From Ranitomeya imitator (lineage: Eukaryota): a stretch of 64,000 bases of DNA. Below, piece by piece: positions 33,201 to 48,200 of this stretch (position 1 is the stretch's first letter; every line of letters begins with the position of its first letter). A model generated the notes under the pieces. That model was given only the letters and a program-made list of their open reading frames with translations. It made no database searches and was not told the DNA's origin. The translations under genes and the position numbers were made by a program. Location: assembly GCF_032444005.1 (NCBI RefSeq), contig NC_091286.1:1178001-1242000 (forward strand), read 5' to 3'.

Positions 33201-36200
33201 GCGGTGACTGGAGGGGAATATGGAGCGGGCGCCGGGCACTGACTGCGGGGAGTATGGAGCGGGCGCCGGGCACTGACTGCGGGGAGTATGGAGCGGGCGC
33301 CGGGCACTGACTGCGGGGAGTATGGAGCGGGCACCGGGCACTGACTGCGGGGAGTATGGAGCGGGCGCCAGGCACTGACTGCGGGGAGTATGGAGCGGGC
33401 GTCGGGCACTGACTGCGGGGAGTATGGAGCGGGCGCCGAGCACTGACTGCGGGGAGTATGGAGCGGGCACTGACTGCGGGGAGTATGGAGCGGGCACTGA
33501 CTGCGGGGAGTATGGAGCGGGCACTGACTGCGGGGAGTATGGAGCGGGCACTGACTGCGGGGAGTATGGAGCGGGCACTGACTGCGGGGAGTATGGAGCG
33601 GGCGCTGGGCACTGATTGCAGGGAGTATGGTGCAGGCACTGACTGCGCGGAGTATGGAGCGGGCACCGGGCACTGACTGCGGGGAGTATGGAGCGGGCAC
33701 TGACTGCGGGGAGTATGGAGCGGGCACTGACTGCGGGGAGTATGGAGCGGGCACTGACTGCGGGGAGTATGGAGCGGGCACTGACTGCGGGGAGTATGGA
33801 GCGGGCACTGACTGCGGGGAGTATGGAGCGGGCACTGACTGCGGGGAGTATGGAGCGGGCGCCGGGCACTGACTGCAGGGAAGTATGGAGTGGGCGCCGG
33901 GCACTGACTGCAGGGAGTATGGAGCGGGCGCCGGGCACTGACTGCAGGGAGTATGGAGTGGGCGCCGGGCACTGACTGCAGGGAGTATGGAGCGGGCACT
34001 GACTGCGGGGAGTATGGAGCGGTCGCCAGGCGCTGATTGCAGGGGAGTATGGAGCGGGCACCGGGCACTGACTGCGGGGAGTATGGAGCGGGCACTGACT
34101 GCGGGGAGTATGGAGCGGGCGCTGGGCACTGATTGCAGGGAGTATGGAGCGAGCGCCGGGCACTGACTGCAGGGAGTATGGTGCAGGCACTGACTGCGCG
34201 GAGTATGGAGCGGGCGCCGGGCGCTGACTGCAGGGAGTATGGAGCGGGCGCCGGGCGCTGACTGCAGGGAGTATGGAGCGGGCGCCGGGCGCTGACTGCA
34301 GGGAGTATGGAGCGGGCGCCGGGCGCTGACTGCAGGGAAGTATGGAGCGGGCACTGACTGCGGGGAGTATGGAGTGGGCACTGACTGCGGGGAGTATGGA
34401 GCGGGCACTGACTGTGGGGAGTATGGAGCGGGCACTGACTGCCGGGAGTATGGAGCGGGCGCCGGGCACTGACTGCGGGGAGTATGGAGCGGGCACTGAC
34501 TGTAAGGAGTATGGAGCGGGCGCTGGGCACTGACTGCGGGGAGTATGGAGCGGGCACTGACTGCGGGGAGTATGGAGCGGGCACTGGCTGCAGGGAGTAT
34601 GGAGCGGGCACTGACTTCAGGGAAGTATGGAGCGGGCGCCGGGCACTGACTGCAGGGAAGTATGGAGCGGGCGCCGGGCACTGATTGCAGGGGAGTATGG
34701 AGCGGGCACTGACTGCAGGGAGTATGGAGCGGGCGCCGGGCACTGACTGCAGGGAGTATGGAGCGGGCGCCGGGCACTGACTGCAGGGAGTATGGAGCGG
34801 GCGCCGGGCGCTGACTGCAGGGAGTATGGAGCGGGCGCCGGGCACTGATTGCAGGGGAGTATGGAGGGGGCGCCGGGCGCTGACTGCAGGGAAGTATGGA
34901 GGGGGCGCCGGGCACTGACTGTGGAGAGTATGGAGCGGGCACTGACTGCAGGGAGTATGGAGCGGGCGCCGGGCACTGACTGTGGGGAGTATGGAGCGGG
35001 CACTGACTGCGGGAGTGTGGAGCGGGCACTGACTGCAGGGAGTATGGAGCGGGCACTGACTGCGGGAGTGTGGAGCGGGCACTGACTGCGGGGAGTATGG
35101 AGCGGGCACTGACTGCGGGGAGTATGGAGCGGGCACTGACTGCGGGGAGTATGGAGCGGGCACTGACTGCGGGGAGTATGGAGCGGGCACTGACTGCGGG
35201 GAGTATGGAGCGGGCACTGACTGCGGGGAGTATGGAGCGGGCACTGACTGCGGGGAGTATGGAGCGGGCACTGACTGCGGGGAGTATGGAGCGGGCACTG
35301 ACTGCGGGGAGTATGGAGCGGGCACTGACTGCGGGGAGTATGGAGCGGGCGCTGGGCACTGATTGCAGGGAGTATGGTGCAGGCACTGACTGCGCGGAGT
35401 ATGGAGCGGGCGCCGGGCGCTGACTGCAGGGAGTATGGAGCGGGCACTGACTGCGGGGAGTATGGAGCGGGCACCGGGCACTGACTGCGGGGAGTATGGA
35501 GCGGGCACTGACTTCGGGGAGTATGGAGCGGGCACTGACTGCGGGGAGTATGGAGCGGGCACTGACTGCGGGGAGTATGGAGCGGGCACTGACTGCGGGG
35601 AGTATGGAGCGGGCGCTGGGCACTGATTGCAGGGAGTATGGAGCGGGCGCCAGGCACTGACTGCGGGGAGTATGGAGCGGGCGCCAGGCACTGACTGCGG
35701 GGAGTATGGAGCGGGCGTCGGGCACTGACTGCGGGGAGTATGGAGCGGGCGCCGAGCACTGACTGCGGGGAGTATGGAGCGGGCACTGAATGCGGGGAGT
35801 ATGGAGCGGGCACTGACTGCGGGGAGTATGGAGCGGGCACTGACTGCGGGGAGTATGGAGCGGGCACTGACTGCGGGGAGTATGGAGCGGGCACTGACTG
35901 CGGGGAGTATGGAGCGGGCACTGACTGCGGGGAGTATGGAGCGGGCACTGACTGCGGGGAGTATGGAGCGGGCACTGACTGCGGGGAGTATGGAGCGGGC
36001 GCCGGGCACTGACTGCAGGGAAGTATGGAGTGGGCGCCGGGCACTGACTGCAGGGAGTATGGAGCGGGCACTGAATGCGGGGAGTATGGAGCGGGCACTG
36101 ACTGCGGGGAGTATGGAGCGGGCACTGACTGCGGGGAGTATGGAGCGGGCACTGACTGCGGGGAGTATGGAGCGGGCACTGACTGCGGGGAGTATGGAGC

Positions 36201-39200
36201 GGGCACTGACTGCGGGGAGTATGGAGCGGGCACTGACTGCGGGGAGTATGGAGCGGGCGCCGGGCACTGACTGCAGGGAAGTATGGAGCGGGCGCCGGGC
36301 ACTGACTGCAGGGAGTATGGAGTGGGCGCCGGGCACTGACTGCAGGGAGTATGGAGCGGGCACTGACTGCGGGGAGTATGGAGCGGGCACTGACTTCGGG
36401 GAGTATGGAGCGGTCGCCAGGCGCTGATTGCAGGGGAGTATGGAGCGGGCACCGGGCACTGACTGCGGGGAGTATGGAGCGGGCACTGACTGCGGGGAGT
36501 ATGGAGCGGGCACTGACTTCGGGGAGTATGGAGCGGGCGCTGGGCACTGATTGCAGGGAGTATGGAGCGAGCGCCGGGCACTGACTGCAGGGAGTATGGT
36601 GCAGGCACTGACTGCGCGGAGTATGGAGCGGGCGCCGGGCGCTGACTGCAGGGAGTATGGAGCGGGCGCCGGGCGCTGACTGCAGGGAGTATGGAGCGGG
36701 CGCCGGGCGCTGACTGCAGGGAGTATGGAGCGGGCGCCGGGCGCTGACTGCAGGGAAGTATGGAGCGGGCACTGACTGCGGGGAGTATGGAGTGGGCACT
36801 GACTGCGGGGAGTATGGAGCGGGCACTGACTGCGGGGAGTATGGAGCGGGCACTGACTGCCGGGAGTATGGAGCGGGCGCCGGGCACTGACTGCGGGGAG
36901 TATGGAGCGGGCACTGACTGTAAGGAGTATGGAGCGGGCGCTGGGCACTGACTGCGGGGAGTATGGAGCGGGCACTGACTGCGGGGAGTATGGAGCGGGC
37001 ACTGGCTGCAGGGAGTATGGAGCGGGCACTGACTTCAGGGAAGTATGGAGCGGGCGCCGGGCACTGATTGCAGGGGAGTATGGAGCGGGCGCCGGGCACT
37101 GACTGCAGGGAAGTATGGAGCGGGCGCCGGGCACTGATTGCAGGGGAGTATGGAGCGGGCACTGACTGCAGGGAGTATGGAGCGGGCGCCGGGCACTGAC
37201 TGCAGGGAGTATGGAGCGGGCGCCGGGCACTGACTGCAGGGAGTATGGAGCGGGCGCCGGGCGCTGACTGCAGGGAAGTATGGAGGGGGCGCCGGGCACT
37301 GACTGTGGAGAGTATGGAGCGGGCACTGACTGCAGGGAGTATGGAGCGGGCGCCGGGCACTGACTGTGGGGAGTATGGAGCGGGCACTGACTGCGGGAGT
37401 GTGGAGCGGGCACTGACTGCAGGGAGTATGGAGCGGGCACTGACTGCGGGAGTGTGGAGCGGGCACTGACTGCGGGGAGTATGGAGCGGGCACTGACTGC
37501 GGGGAGTATGGAGCGGGCACTGACTGCGGGGAGTATGGAGCGGGCACTGACTGCGGGGAGTATGGAGCGGGCACTGACTGCAGGGAGTATGGAGCGGGCA
37601 CTGACTGCGGGGAGTATGGAGCGGGCACTGACTGCAGGGAAGTATGGAGCGGGCACTGACTGCGGGGAGTATGGAGCGGGCACTGACTGCGGGGAGTATG
37701 GAGCGGGCACTGACTGCGGGGAGTATGGAGCGGGCACTGATTGCGGGGAGTATGGAGCGGGCGCTGGGCACTGACTGCGGGGAGTATGGTGCAGGCACTG
37801 ACTGCGCGGAGTATGGAGCGGGCACTGACTGCGGGGAGTATGGAGCGGGCACCGGGCACTGACTGCGGGGAGTATGGAGCGGGCACTGACTGCGGGGAGT
37901 ATGGAGCGGGCACTGACTGCAGGGAAGTATGGAGCGGGCACTGACTGCGGGGAGTATGGAGCGGGCACTGACTGCGGGGAGTATGGAGCGGGCACTGACT
38001 GCGGGGAGTATGGAGCGGGCACTGACTGCAGGGAGTATGGAGCGGGCACTGACTGCGGGGAGTATGGAGCGGGCGCTGGGCACTGATTGCAGGGAGTATG
38101 GTGCAGGCACTGACTGCGGGGAGTATGGAGCGGGCACTGACTGCGGGGAGTATGGAGCGGGCACTGACTTCGGGGAGTATGGAGCGGGCGCTGGGCACTG
38201 ACTGCAGGGAGTATGGAGCGGGCGCCGGGCGCTGACTGCAGGGAGTATGGAGCGGGCGCCGGGCGCTGACTGCAGGGAGTATGGAGCGGGCGCCGGGCGC
38301 TGACTGCAGGGAGTATGGAGCGGGCGCCGGGCGCTGACTGCAGGGAGTATGGAGCGGGCGCCGGGCGCTGACTGCAGGGAGTATGGAGCGGGCGCCGGGC
38401 GCTGACTGCGGGGAGTATGGAGCGGGCGCCGGGCGCTGACTGCAGGGAGTATGGAGCGGGCGCCGGGCGCTGACTGCAGGGAGTATGGAGCGGGCGCCGG
38501 GCGCTGACTGCAGGGAGTATGGAGCGGGCACTGACTTCGGGGAGTATGGAGCGGGCGCTGGGCACTGACTGCGCGGAGTATGGAGCGGGCGCCGGGCGCT
38601 GACTGCAGGGAGTATGGAGCGGGCGCCGGGCGCTGACTGCAGGGAGTATGGAGCGGGCGCCGGGCGCTGACTGCAGGGAGTATGGAGCGGGCGCCGGGCG
38701 CTGACTGCAGGGAGTATGGAGCGGGCACTGACTTCGGGGAGTATGGAGCGGGCGCTGGGCACTGACTGCGCGGAGTATGGAGCGGGCGCCGGGCGCTGAC
38801 TGCAGGGAGTATGGAGCGGGCGCCGGGCGCTGACTGCAGGGAGTATGGAGCGGGCGCCGGGCGCTGACTGCGGGGAGTATGGAGCGGGCACTGACTTCGG
38901 GGAGTATGGAGCGGGCGCTGGGCACTGACTGCGCGGAGTATGGAGCGGGCGCCGGGCGCTGACTGCAGGGAGTATGGAGCGGGCGCCGGGCGCTGACTGC
39001 AGGGAGTATGGAGCGGGCGCCGGGCGCTGACTGCAGGGAAGTATGGAGCGGGCGTCGGGCGCTGACTGCAGGGAAGTGTGGAGCGGGCACTGACTGCGGG
39101 GAGTATGGAGTGGGCACTGACTGCGGGGAGTATGGAGCGGGCACTGACTGTGGGGAGTATGGAGCGGGCACTGACTGCCGGGAGTATGGAGCGGGCGCCG

Positions 39201-42200
39201 GGCACTAACTGCGGGGAGTATGGAGCGGGCACTGGCTGCAGGGAGTATGGAGCGGGCGCTGGGCACTGACTGCGGGGAGTATGGAGCGGGCACTGGCTGC
39301 AGGGAGTATGGAGCGGGCACTGACTTCAGGGAAGTATGGAGCGGGCGCCGGGCACTGATTGCAGGGGAGTATGGAGCGGGCAATGACTGCAGGGAGTATG
39401 GAGTGGGCGCCGGGCACTGACTGCAGGGAAGTATGGAGCGGGCGCCGGGCACTGATTGCAGGGGAGTATGGAGCGGGCACTGACTGCGGGAGAGTGGAGC
39501 GGGCACTGACTGCGGGGAAGTATGGAGCGGGCACTGACTGCGGGGAGTATGGAGCGGGCACTGACTGCGGGAGTGTGGAGCGGGCACTGACTGCGGGGAG
39601 TATGGAGCGGGCACTGACTGCGGGGAGTATGGAGCGGGCACTGACTGCGGGGAGTATGGAGCGGGCACTGACTGCGGGGAGTATGGAGCGGGCACTGACT
39701 GCAGGGAGTATGGAGCGGGCACTGACTGCGGGGAGTATGGAGCGGGCACTGACTGCAGGGAAGTATGGAGCGGGCACTGACTGCGGGGAGTATGGAGCGG
39801 GCACTGACTGCGGGGAGTATGGAGCGGGCACTGACTGCGGGGAGTATGGAGCGGGCACTGATTGCGGGGAGTATGGAGCGGGCGCTGGGCACTGACTGCG
39901 GGGAGTATGGTGCAGGCACTGACTGCGCGGAGTATGGAGCGGGCACTGACTGCGGGGAGTATGGAGCGGGCACCGGGCACTGACTGCGGGGAGTATGGAG
40001 CGGGCACTGACTGCGGGGAGTATGGAGCGGGCACTGACTGCAGGGAAGTATGGAGCGGGCACTGACTGCGGGGAGTATGGAGCGGGCACTGACTGCGGGG
40101 AGTATGGAGCGGGCACTGACTGCGGGGAGTATGGAGCGGGCACTGACTGCAGGGAGTATGGAGCGGGCACTGACTGCGGGGAGTATGGAGCGGGCGCTGG
40201 GCACTGATTGCAGGGAGTATGGTGCAGGCACTGACTGCGGGGAGTATGGAGCGGGCACTGACTGCGGGGAGTATGGAGCGGGCACTGACTGCGGGGAGTA
40301 TGGAGCGGGCGCTGGGCACTGACTGCAGGGAGTATGGAGCGGGCGCCGGGCGCTGACTGCAGGGAGTATGGAGCGGGCGCCGGGCGCTGACTGCAGGGAG
40401 TATGGAGCGGGCGCCGGGCGCTGACTGCAGGGAGTATGGAGCGGGCGCCGGGCGCTGACTGCAGGGAGTATGGAGCGGGCGCCGGGCGCTGACTGCAGGG
40501 AGTATGGAGCGGGCGCCGGGCGCTGACTGCGGGGAGTATGGAGCGGGCGCCGGGCGCTGACTGCAGGGAGTATGGAGCGGGCGCCGGGCGCTGACTGCAG
40601 GGAGTATGGAGCGGGCGCCGGGCGCTGACTGCAGGGAGTATGGAGCGGGCACTGACTTCGGGGAGTATGGAGCGGGCGCTGGGCACTGACTGCGCGGAGT
40701 ATGGAGCGGGCGCCGGGCGCTGACTGCAGGGAGTATGGAGCGGGCGCCGGGCGCTGACTGCAGGGAGTATGGAGCGGGCGCCGGGCGCTGACTGCAGGGA
40801 GTATGGAGCGGGCGCCGGGCGCTGACTGCAGGGAGTATGGAGCGGGCACTGACTTCGGGGAGTATGGAGCGGGCGCTGGGCACTGACTGCGCGGAGTATG
40901 GAGCGGGCGCCGGGCGCTGACTGCAGGGAGTATGGAGCGGGCGCCGGGCGCTGACTGCAGGGAGTATGGAGCGGGCGCCGGGCGCTGACTGCGGGGAGTA
41001 TGGAGCGGGCACTGACTTCGGGGAGTATGGAGCGGGCGCTGGGCACTGACTGCGCGGAGTATGGAGCGGGCGCCGGGCGCTGACTGCAGGGAGTATGGAG
41101 CGGGCGCCGGGCGCTGACTGCAGGGAGTATGGAGCGGGCGCCGGGCGCTGACTGCAGGGAAGTATGGAGCGGGCGTCGGGCGCTGACTGCAGGGAAGTGT
41201 GGAGCGGGCACTGACTGCGGGGAGTATGGAGTGGGCACTGACTGCGGGGAGTATGGAGCGGGCACTGACTGTGGGGAGTATGGAGCGGGCACTGACTGCC
41301 GGGAGTATGGAGCGGGCGCCGGGCACTAACTGCGGGGAGTATGGAGCGGGCACTGGCTGCAGGGAGTATGGAGCGGGCGCTGGGCACTGACTGCGGGGAG
41401 TATGGAGCGGGCACTGGCTGCAGGGAGTATGGAGCGGGCACTGACTTCAGGGAAGTATGGAGCGGGCGCCGGGCACTGATTGCAGGGGAGTATGGAGCGG
41501 GCAATGACTGCAGGGAGTATGGAGTGGGCGCCGGGCACTGACTGCAGGGAAGTATGGAGCGGGCGCCGGGCACTGATTGCAGGGGAGTATGGAGCGGGCA
41601 CTGACTGCGGGAGAGTGGAGCGGGCACTGACTGCGGGGAAGTATGGAGCGGGCACTGACTGCGGGGAGTATGGAGCGGGCACTGACTGCGGGAGTGTGGA
41701 GCGGGCACTGACTGCGGGGAGTATGGAGCGGGCACTGACTGCGGGGAGTATGGAGCGGGCACTGACTGCGGGGAGTATGGAGCGGGCACTGACTGCGGGG
41801 AGTATGGAGCGGGCACTGACTGCGGGGAGTATGGAGCGGGCACTGACTGCGGGGAGTATGGAGCGGGCACTGACTGCGGGGAGTATGGAGCGGGCACTGA
41901 CTGCGGGGAGTATGGAGCGGGCACTGACTGCAGGGAAGTATGGAGCGGGCACTGACTGCGGGGAGTATGGAGCGGGCACTGACTGCGGGGAGTATGGAGC
42001 GGGCACTGACTGCGGGGAGTATGGAGCGGGCACTGACTGCGGGGAGTATGGAGCGGGCACTGACTGCGGGGAGTATGGAGCGGGCACTGACTGCGGGGAG
42101 TATGGAGCGGGCCCTGACTGCGGGGAGTGTGGAGCGGGCACTGACTGCAGGGAGTATGGAGCGGGCACTGACTGCAGGGAGTATGGAGCGGGCACTGACT

Positions 42201-45200
42201 GCGGGGAGTATGGAGCGGGCACTGACTGCGGGGAGTATGCAGCGGGCACTGACTGCGGGGAGTGTGGAGCGGGCACTGACTGCGGGAGTGTGGAGCGGGC
42301 ACTGACTGCGGGGAGTGTGGAGCGGGCACTGACTGCGGGGAGTATGGAGCGGGCACTGACTGCGGGGAGTATGGAGCGGGCACTGACTGCGGGGAGTGTG
42401 GAGCGGGCACTGACTGCAGGGAGTATGGAGCGGGCACTGACTGCAGGGAGTATGGAGCGGGCACTGACTGCGGGGAGTATGGAGCGGGCACTGACTGCGG
42501 GGAGTGTGGAGCGGGCACTGACTGCAGGGAGTATGGAGCGGGCACTGACTGCAGGAAGTATGGAGCGGGCACTGACTGCGGGGAGTATGGAGCGGGCACT
42601 GACTGCGGGGAGTGTGGAGCGGGCACTGACTGCAGGGAGTGTGGAGCGGGCACTGACTGCAGGGAGTATGGAGCGGGCACTGACTGCAGGGAGTATGGAG
42701 CGGGCACTGACTGCGGGGAGTATGGAGCGGGCACTGACTGCGGGGAGTATGCAGCGGGCACTGACTGCGGGGAGTATGGAGCGGGCACTGACTGCGGGGA
42801 GTATGGAGCGGGCACTGATTGCGGGAGTGTGGAGCGGGCACTGACTGCGGGGAGTATGGAGCGGGCACTGACTGCGGGGAGTATGGAGCGGGCACTGACT
42901 GCAGGAAGTATGGAGCGGGCACTGACTGCGGGGAGTATGGAGCGGGCACTGACTGCGGGGAGTATGGAGCGGGCACTGATTGCGGGAGTGTGGAGCGGGC
43001 ACTGACTGCGGGAGTGTGGAGCGGGCACTGACTGCGGGGAGTGTGGAGCGGGCACTGACTGCGGGAGTGTGGAGCGGGCACTGACTGCGGGGAGTATGGA
43101 GCGGGCACAGACTGCGGGGAGTATGGAGCGGGCACTGACTGCAGGGAGTATGGAGCGGGCACTGACTGCGAGGAGTGTGGAGCGGGCACTGACTGCGGGG
43201 AGTATGGAGCGGGCACTGACTGCGGGGAGTATGGAGCGGGCACTGACTGCGGGGAGTATGGAGCGGGCACTGACTGCGGGAGTGTGGAGCGGGCACTGAC
43301 TGCGGGGAGTATGCAGCGGGCACTGACTGCGGGGAGTGTGGAGCGGGCACTGACTGCGGGAGTGTGGAGCGGGCACTGACTGTGGGGAGTATGGAGCGGG
43401 CACTGACTGCGGGGAGTATGGAGCGGGCACTGACTGCGGGGAGTATGGAGCGGGCACTGACTGCGGGGAGTATGGAGCGGGCACTGACTGCGGGAGTGTG
43501 GAGCGGGCACTGACTGCGGGGAGTATGCAGCGGGCACTGACTGCGGGGAGTGTGGAGCGGGCACTGACTGCGGGAGTGTGGAGTGGGCACTGACTGTGGG
43601 GAGTATGGAGCGGGCACTGACTGCGGGGAGTATGGAGCGGGCACTGACTGCGGGGAGTGTGGAGCGGGCACTGACTGCGGGGAGTATGGAGCGGGCACTG
43701 ACTGCGGGGAGTATGGAGCGGGCACTGACTGCAGGGAGTATGGAGCGGGCACTGACTGCAGGGAGTGTGGAGCGGGCACTGACTGCGGGAGTGTGGAGCG
43801 GGCACTGACTGCGGGGAGTATGGAGCGGGCACAGACTGCGGGGAGTATGGAGCGGGCACTGACTGCAGGGAGTATGGAGCGGGCACTGACTGTGGGGAGT
43901 GTGGAGCGGGCACTGACTGCGGGGAGTATGGAGCGGGCACTGACTGCGGGGAGTATGGAGCGGGCACTGACTGCGGGGAGTGTGGAGCGGGCGCCGGGCA
44001 CTGACTGCGGGGAGTGTGGAGCGGGCACTGAATGCGGGGAGTATGGAGCGGGCGCCGGGCACTGACTGCGGGGAGTATGGAGCGGGCGCCGGGCACTGAC
44101 TGCGGGGAGTGTGGAGCGGGCACTGACTGCGGGGAGTATGGAGCGGGCACTGACTGCGGGGAGTATGGAGCGGGCACTGACTGCGGGGAGTGTGGAGCGG
44201 GCACTGACTGCGGGGAGTGTGGAGCGGGCACTGACTGCGGGGAGTATGGAGCGGGCACTGACTGCGGGGAGTATGGAGCGGGCACTGACTGCGGGGAGTA
44301 TGGAGCGGGCACTGACTGCAGGAAGTATGGAGCGGGCACTGAATGCGGGGAGTGTGGAGCGGGCACTGACTGCGGGGAGTATGGAGCGGGCACTGACTGC
44401 GGGGAGTATGGAGCGGGCACTGACTGCAGGGAGTATGGAGCGGGCACTGACTGCAGGGAGTATGGAGCGGGCACTGACTGCGGGGAGTATGGAGCGGGCA
44501 CTGACTGCGGGGAGTATGGAGCGGGCACTGACTGCAGGGAGTATGGAGCGGGCACTGACTGCAGGGAGTATGGAGCGGGCACTGACTGCGGGAGTGTGGA
44601 GCGGGCACTGACTGCGGGGAGTATGGAGCGGGCACTGACTGCGGGGAGTATGGAGCGGGCACTGACTGCAGGGAGTATGGAGCGGGCACTGACTGCGGGG
44701 AGTGTGGAGCGGGCACTGACTGCGGGGAGTGTGGAGCGGGCACTGACTGCGGGGAGTATGGAGCGGGCACTGACTGCGGGGAGTGTGGAGCGGGCACTGA
44801 CTGCGGGGAGTGTGGAGCGGGCGCCGGGCACTGACTGCGGGGAGTGTGGAGCGGGCACTGAATGCGGGGAGTATGGAGCGGGCGCCGGGCACTGACTGCG
44901 GGGAGTGTGGAGCGGGCGCCGGGCACTGACTGCGGGGAGTGTGGAGCGGGCGCCGGGCACTGACTGCGGGGAGTGTGGAGCGGGCACTGACTGCGGGGAG
45001 TGTGGAGCGGGCGCCGGGCACTGACTGCGGGGAGTGTGGAGCGGGCACTGAATGCGGGGAGTATGGAGCGGGCGCCGGGCACTGACTGCGGGGAGTGTGG
45101 AGCGGGCGCCGGGCACTGACTGCGGGGAGTATGGAGCGGGCGCCGGGCACTGACTGCGGGGAGTGTGGAGCGGGCACTGACTGCGGGGAGTATGGAGCGG

Positions 45201-48200
45201 GCACTGACTGCGGGGAGTATGGAGCGGGCACTGACTGCGGGGAGTGTGGAGCGGGAACTGACTGCGGGGAGTGTGGAGCGGGCACTGAATGCGGGGAGTG
45301 TGGAGCGGGCACTGAATGCGGGGAGTATGCAGCGGGCACTGACTGCGGGGAGTGTGGAGCGGGCACTGACTGCGGGGAGTATGGAGCGGGCACTGACTGC
45401 GGGGAGTATGGAGCGGGCACTGACTGCGGGGAGTATGGAGCGGGCACTGACTGCGGGGAGTGTGGAGCGGGCACTGAATGCGGGGAGTATGGAGCGGGCA
45501 CTGACTGCGGGGAGTGTGGAGCGGGCACTGAATGCGGGGAGTATGGAGCGGGCACTGACTGCGGGGAGTATGGAGCGGGCACTGACTGCAGGGAGTGTGG
45601 AGCGGGCACTGACTGCGGGGAGTGTGGAGCGGGCACTGACTGCAGGGAGTATGGAGCGGGCACTGACTGCGGGAGTGTGGAGCGGGCACTGACTGCGGGG
45701 AGTATGGAGCGGGCACTGACTGCGGGGAGTATGGAGCGGGCACTGACTGCAGGGAGCATGGAGCGGGCACTGACTGCGGGGAGTGTGGAGCGGGCACTGA
45801 CTGCGGGGAGTGTGGAGCGGGCACTGACTGCGGGGAGTATGGAGCGGGCACTGACTGCGGGGAGTGTGGAGCGGGCACTGACTGCGGGGAGTGTGGAGCG
45901 GGCGCCGGGCACTGACTGCGGGGAGTGTGGAGCGGGCACTGAATGCGGGGAGTATGGAGCGGGCGCCGGGCACTGACTGCGGGGAGTATGGAGCGGGCGC
46001 CGGGCACTGACTGCGGGGAGTGTGGAGCGGGCACTGACTGCGGGGAGTATGGAGCGGGCACTGACTGCGGGGAGTATGGAGCGGGCACTGACTGCGGGGA
46101 GTGTGGAGCGGGAACTGACTGCGGGGAGTGTGGAGCGGGCACTGAATGCGGGGAGTGTGGAGCGGGCACTGAATGCGGGGAGTATGCAGCGGGCACTGAC
46201 TGCGGGGAGTGTGGAGCGGGCACTGACTGCGGGGAGTATGGAGCGGGCACTGACTGCGGGGAGTATGGAGCGGGCACTGACTGCGGGGAGTATGGAGCGG
46301 GCACTGACTGCGGGGAGTGTGGAGCGGGCACTGACTGCGGGGAGTGTGGAGCGGGCACTGAATGCGGGGAGTATGGAGCGGGCACTGACTGCGGGGAGTA
46401 TGGAGCGGGCACTGACTGCGGGGAGTATGGAGCGGGCACTGACTGCGGGGAGTATGGAGCGGGCACTGACTGCGGGGAGTATGGAGCGGGCACTGACTGC
46501 GGGGAGTATGGAGCGGGCACTGAATGCGGGGAGTGTGGAGCGGGCACTGAATGCGGGGAGTATGGAGCGGGCGCCGGGCACTGACTGCGGGGAGTATGGA
46601 GCGGGCGCCGGGCACTGACTGCGGGGAGTGTGGAGCGGGCACTGACTGCGGGGAGTATGGAGCGGGCACTGACTGCGGGGAGTATGGAGCGGGCACTGAC
46701 TGCGGGGAGTGTGGAGCGGGCACTGAATGCGGGGAGTATGGAGCGGGCGCCGGGCACTGACTGCGGGGAGTATGGAGCGGGCGCCGGGCACTGACTGCGG
46801 GGAGTGTGGAGCGGGCACTGAATGCGGGGAGTGTGGAGCGGGCACTGAATGCGGGGAGTATGCAGCGGGCACTGACTGCGGGGAGTGTGGAGCGGGCACT
46901 GACTGCGGGGAGTATGGAGCGGGCACTGACTGCGGGGAGTATGGAGCGGGCACTGACTGCGGGGAGTATGGAGCGGGCACTGACTGCGGGGAGTGTGGAG
47001 CGGGCACTGACTGCGGGGAGTGTGGAGCGGGCACTGAATGCGGGGAGTATGGAGCGGGCACTGACTGCGGGGAGTATGGAGCGGGCACTGACTGCGGGGA
47101 GTATGGAGCGGGCACTGACTGCGGGGAGTATGGAGCGGGCACTGACTGCGGGGAGTATGGAGCGGGCACTGACTGCAGGGAGTATGGAGCGGGCACTGAA
47201 TGCGGGGAGTATGGAGCGGGCGCCGGGCACTGACTGCGGGGAGTATGGAGCGGGCGCCGGGCACTGACTGCGGGGAGTGTGGAGCGGGCACTGACTGCGG
47301 GGAGTATGGAGCGGGCACTGACTGCGGGGAGTATGGAGCGGGCACTGACTGCGGGGAGTGTGGAGCGGGCACTGAATGCGGGGAGTGTGGAGCGGGCACT
47401 GAATGCGGGGAGTATGCAGCGGGCACTGACTGCGGGGAGTGTGGAGCGGGCACTGACTGCGGGGAGTATGGAGCGGGCACTGACTGCGGGGAGTATGGAG
47501 CGGGCACTGACTGCGGGGAGTATGGAGCGGGCACTGACTGCGGGGAGTGTGGAGCGGGCACTGACTGCGGGGAGTGTGGAGCGGGCACTGAATGCGGGGA
47601 GTATGGAGCGGGCACTGACTGCGGGGAGTATGGAGCGGGCACTGACTGCGGGGAGTATGGAGCGGGCACTGACTGCGGGGAGTGTGGAGCGAGAACTGAC
47701 TGCGGGGAGTGTGGAGCGGGCACTGACTGCGGGGAGTGTGGAGCGGGAACTGACTGCGGGGAGTGTGGAGCGGGCACTGAATGCGGGGAGTGTGGAGCGG
47801 GCACTGACTGCGGGGAGTGTGGAGCGGGAACTGACTGCGGGGAGTGTGGAGCGGGCACTGACTGCGGGGAGTGTGGAGCGGGAACTGACTGCGGGGAGTG
47901 TGGAGCGGGCACTGACTGCGGGGAGTATGGAGCGGGCACTGACTGCGGGGAGTATGGAGCGGGCACTGACTGCAGGAAGTATGGAGCGGGCACTGACTGC
48001 GGGGAGTGTGGAGCGGGAACTGACTGCGGGGAGTGTGGAGCGGGCACTGACTGCGGGGAGTGTGGAGCGGGAACTGACTGCGGGGAGTGTGGAGCGGGCA
48101 CTGAATGCGGGGAGTGTGGAGCGGGCACTGAATGCGGGGAGTATGCAGCGGGCACTGACTGCGGGGAGTGTGGAGCGGGCACTGACTGCGGGGAGTGTGG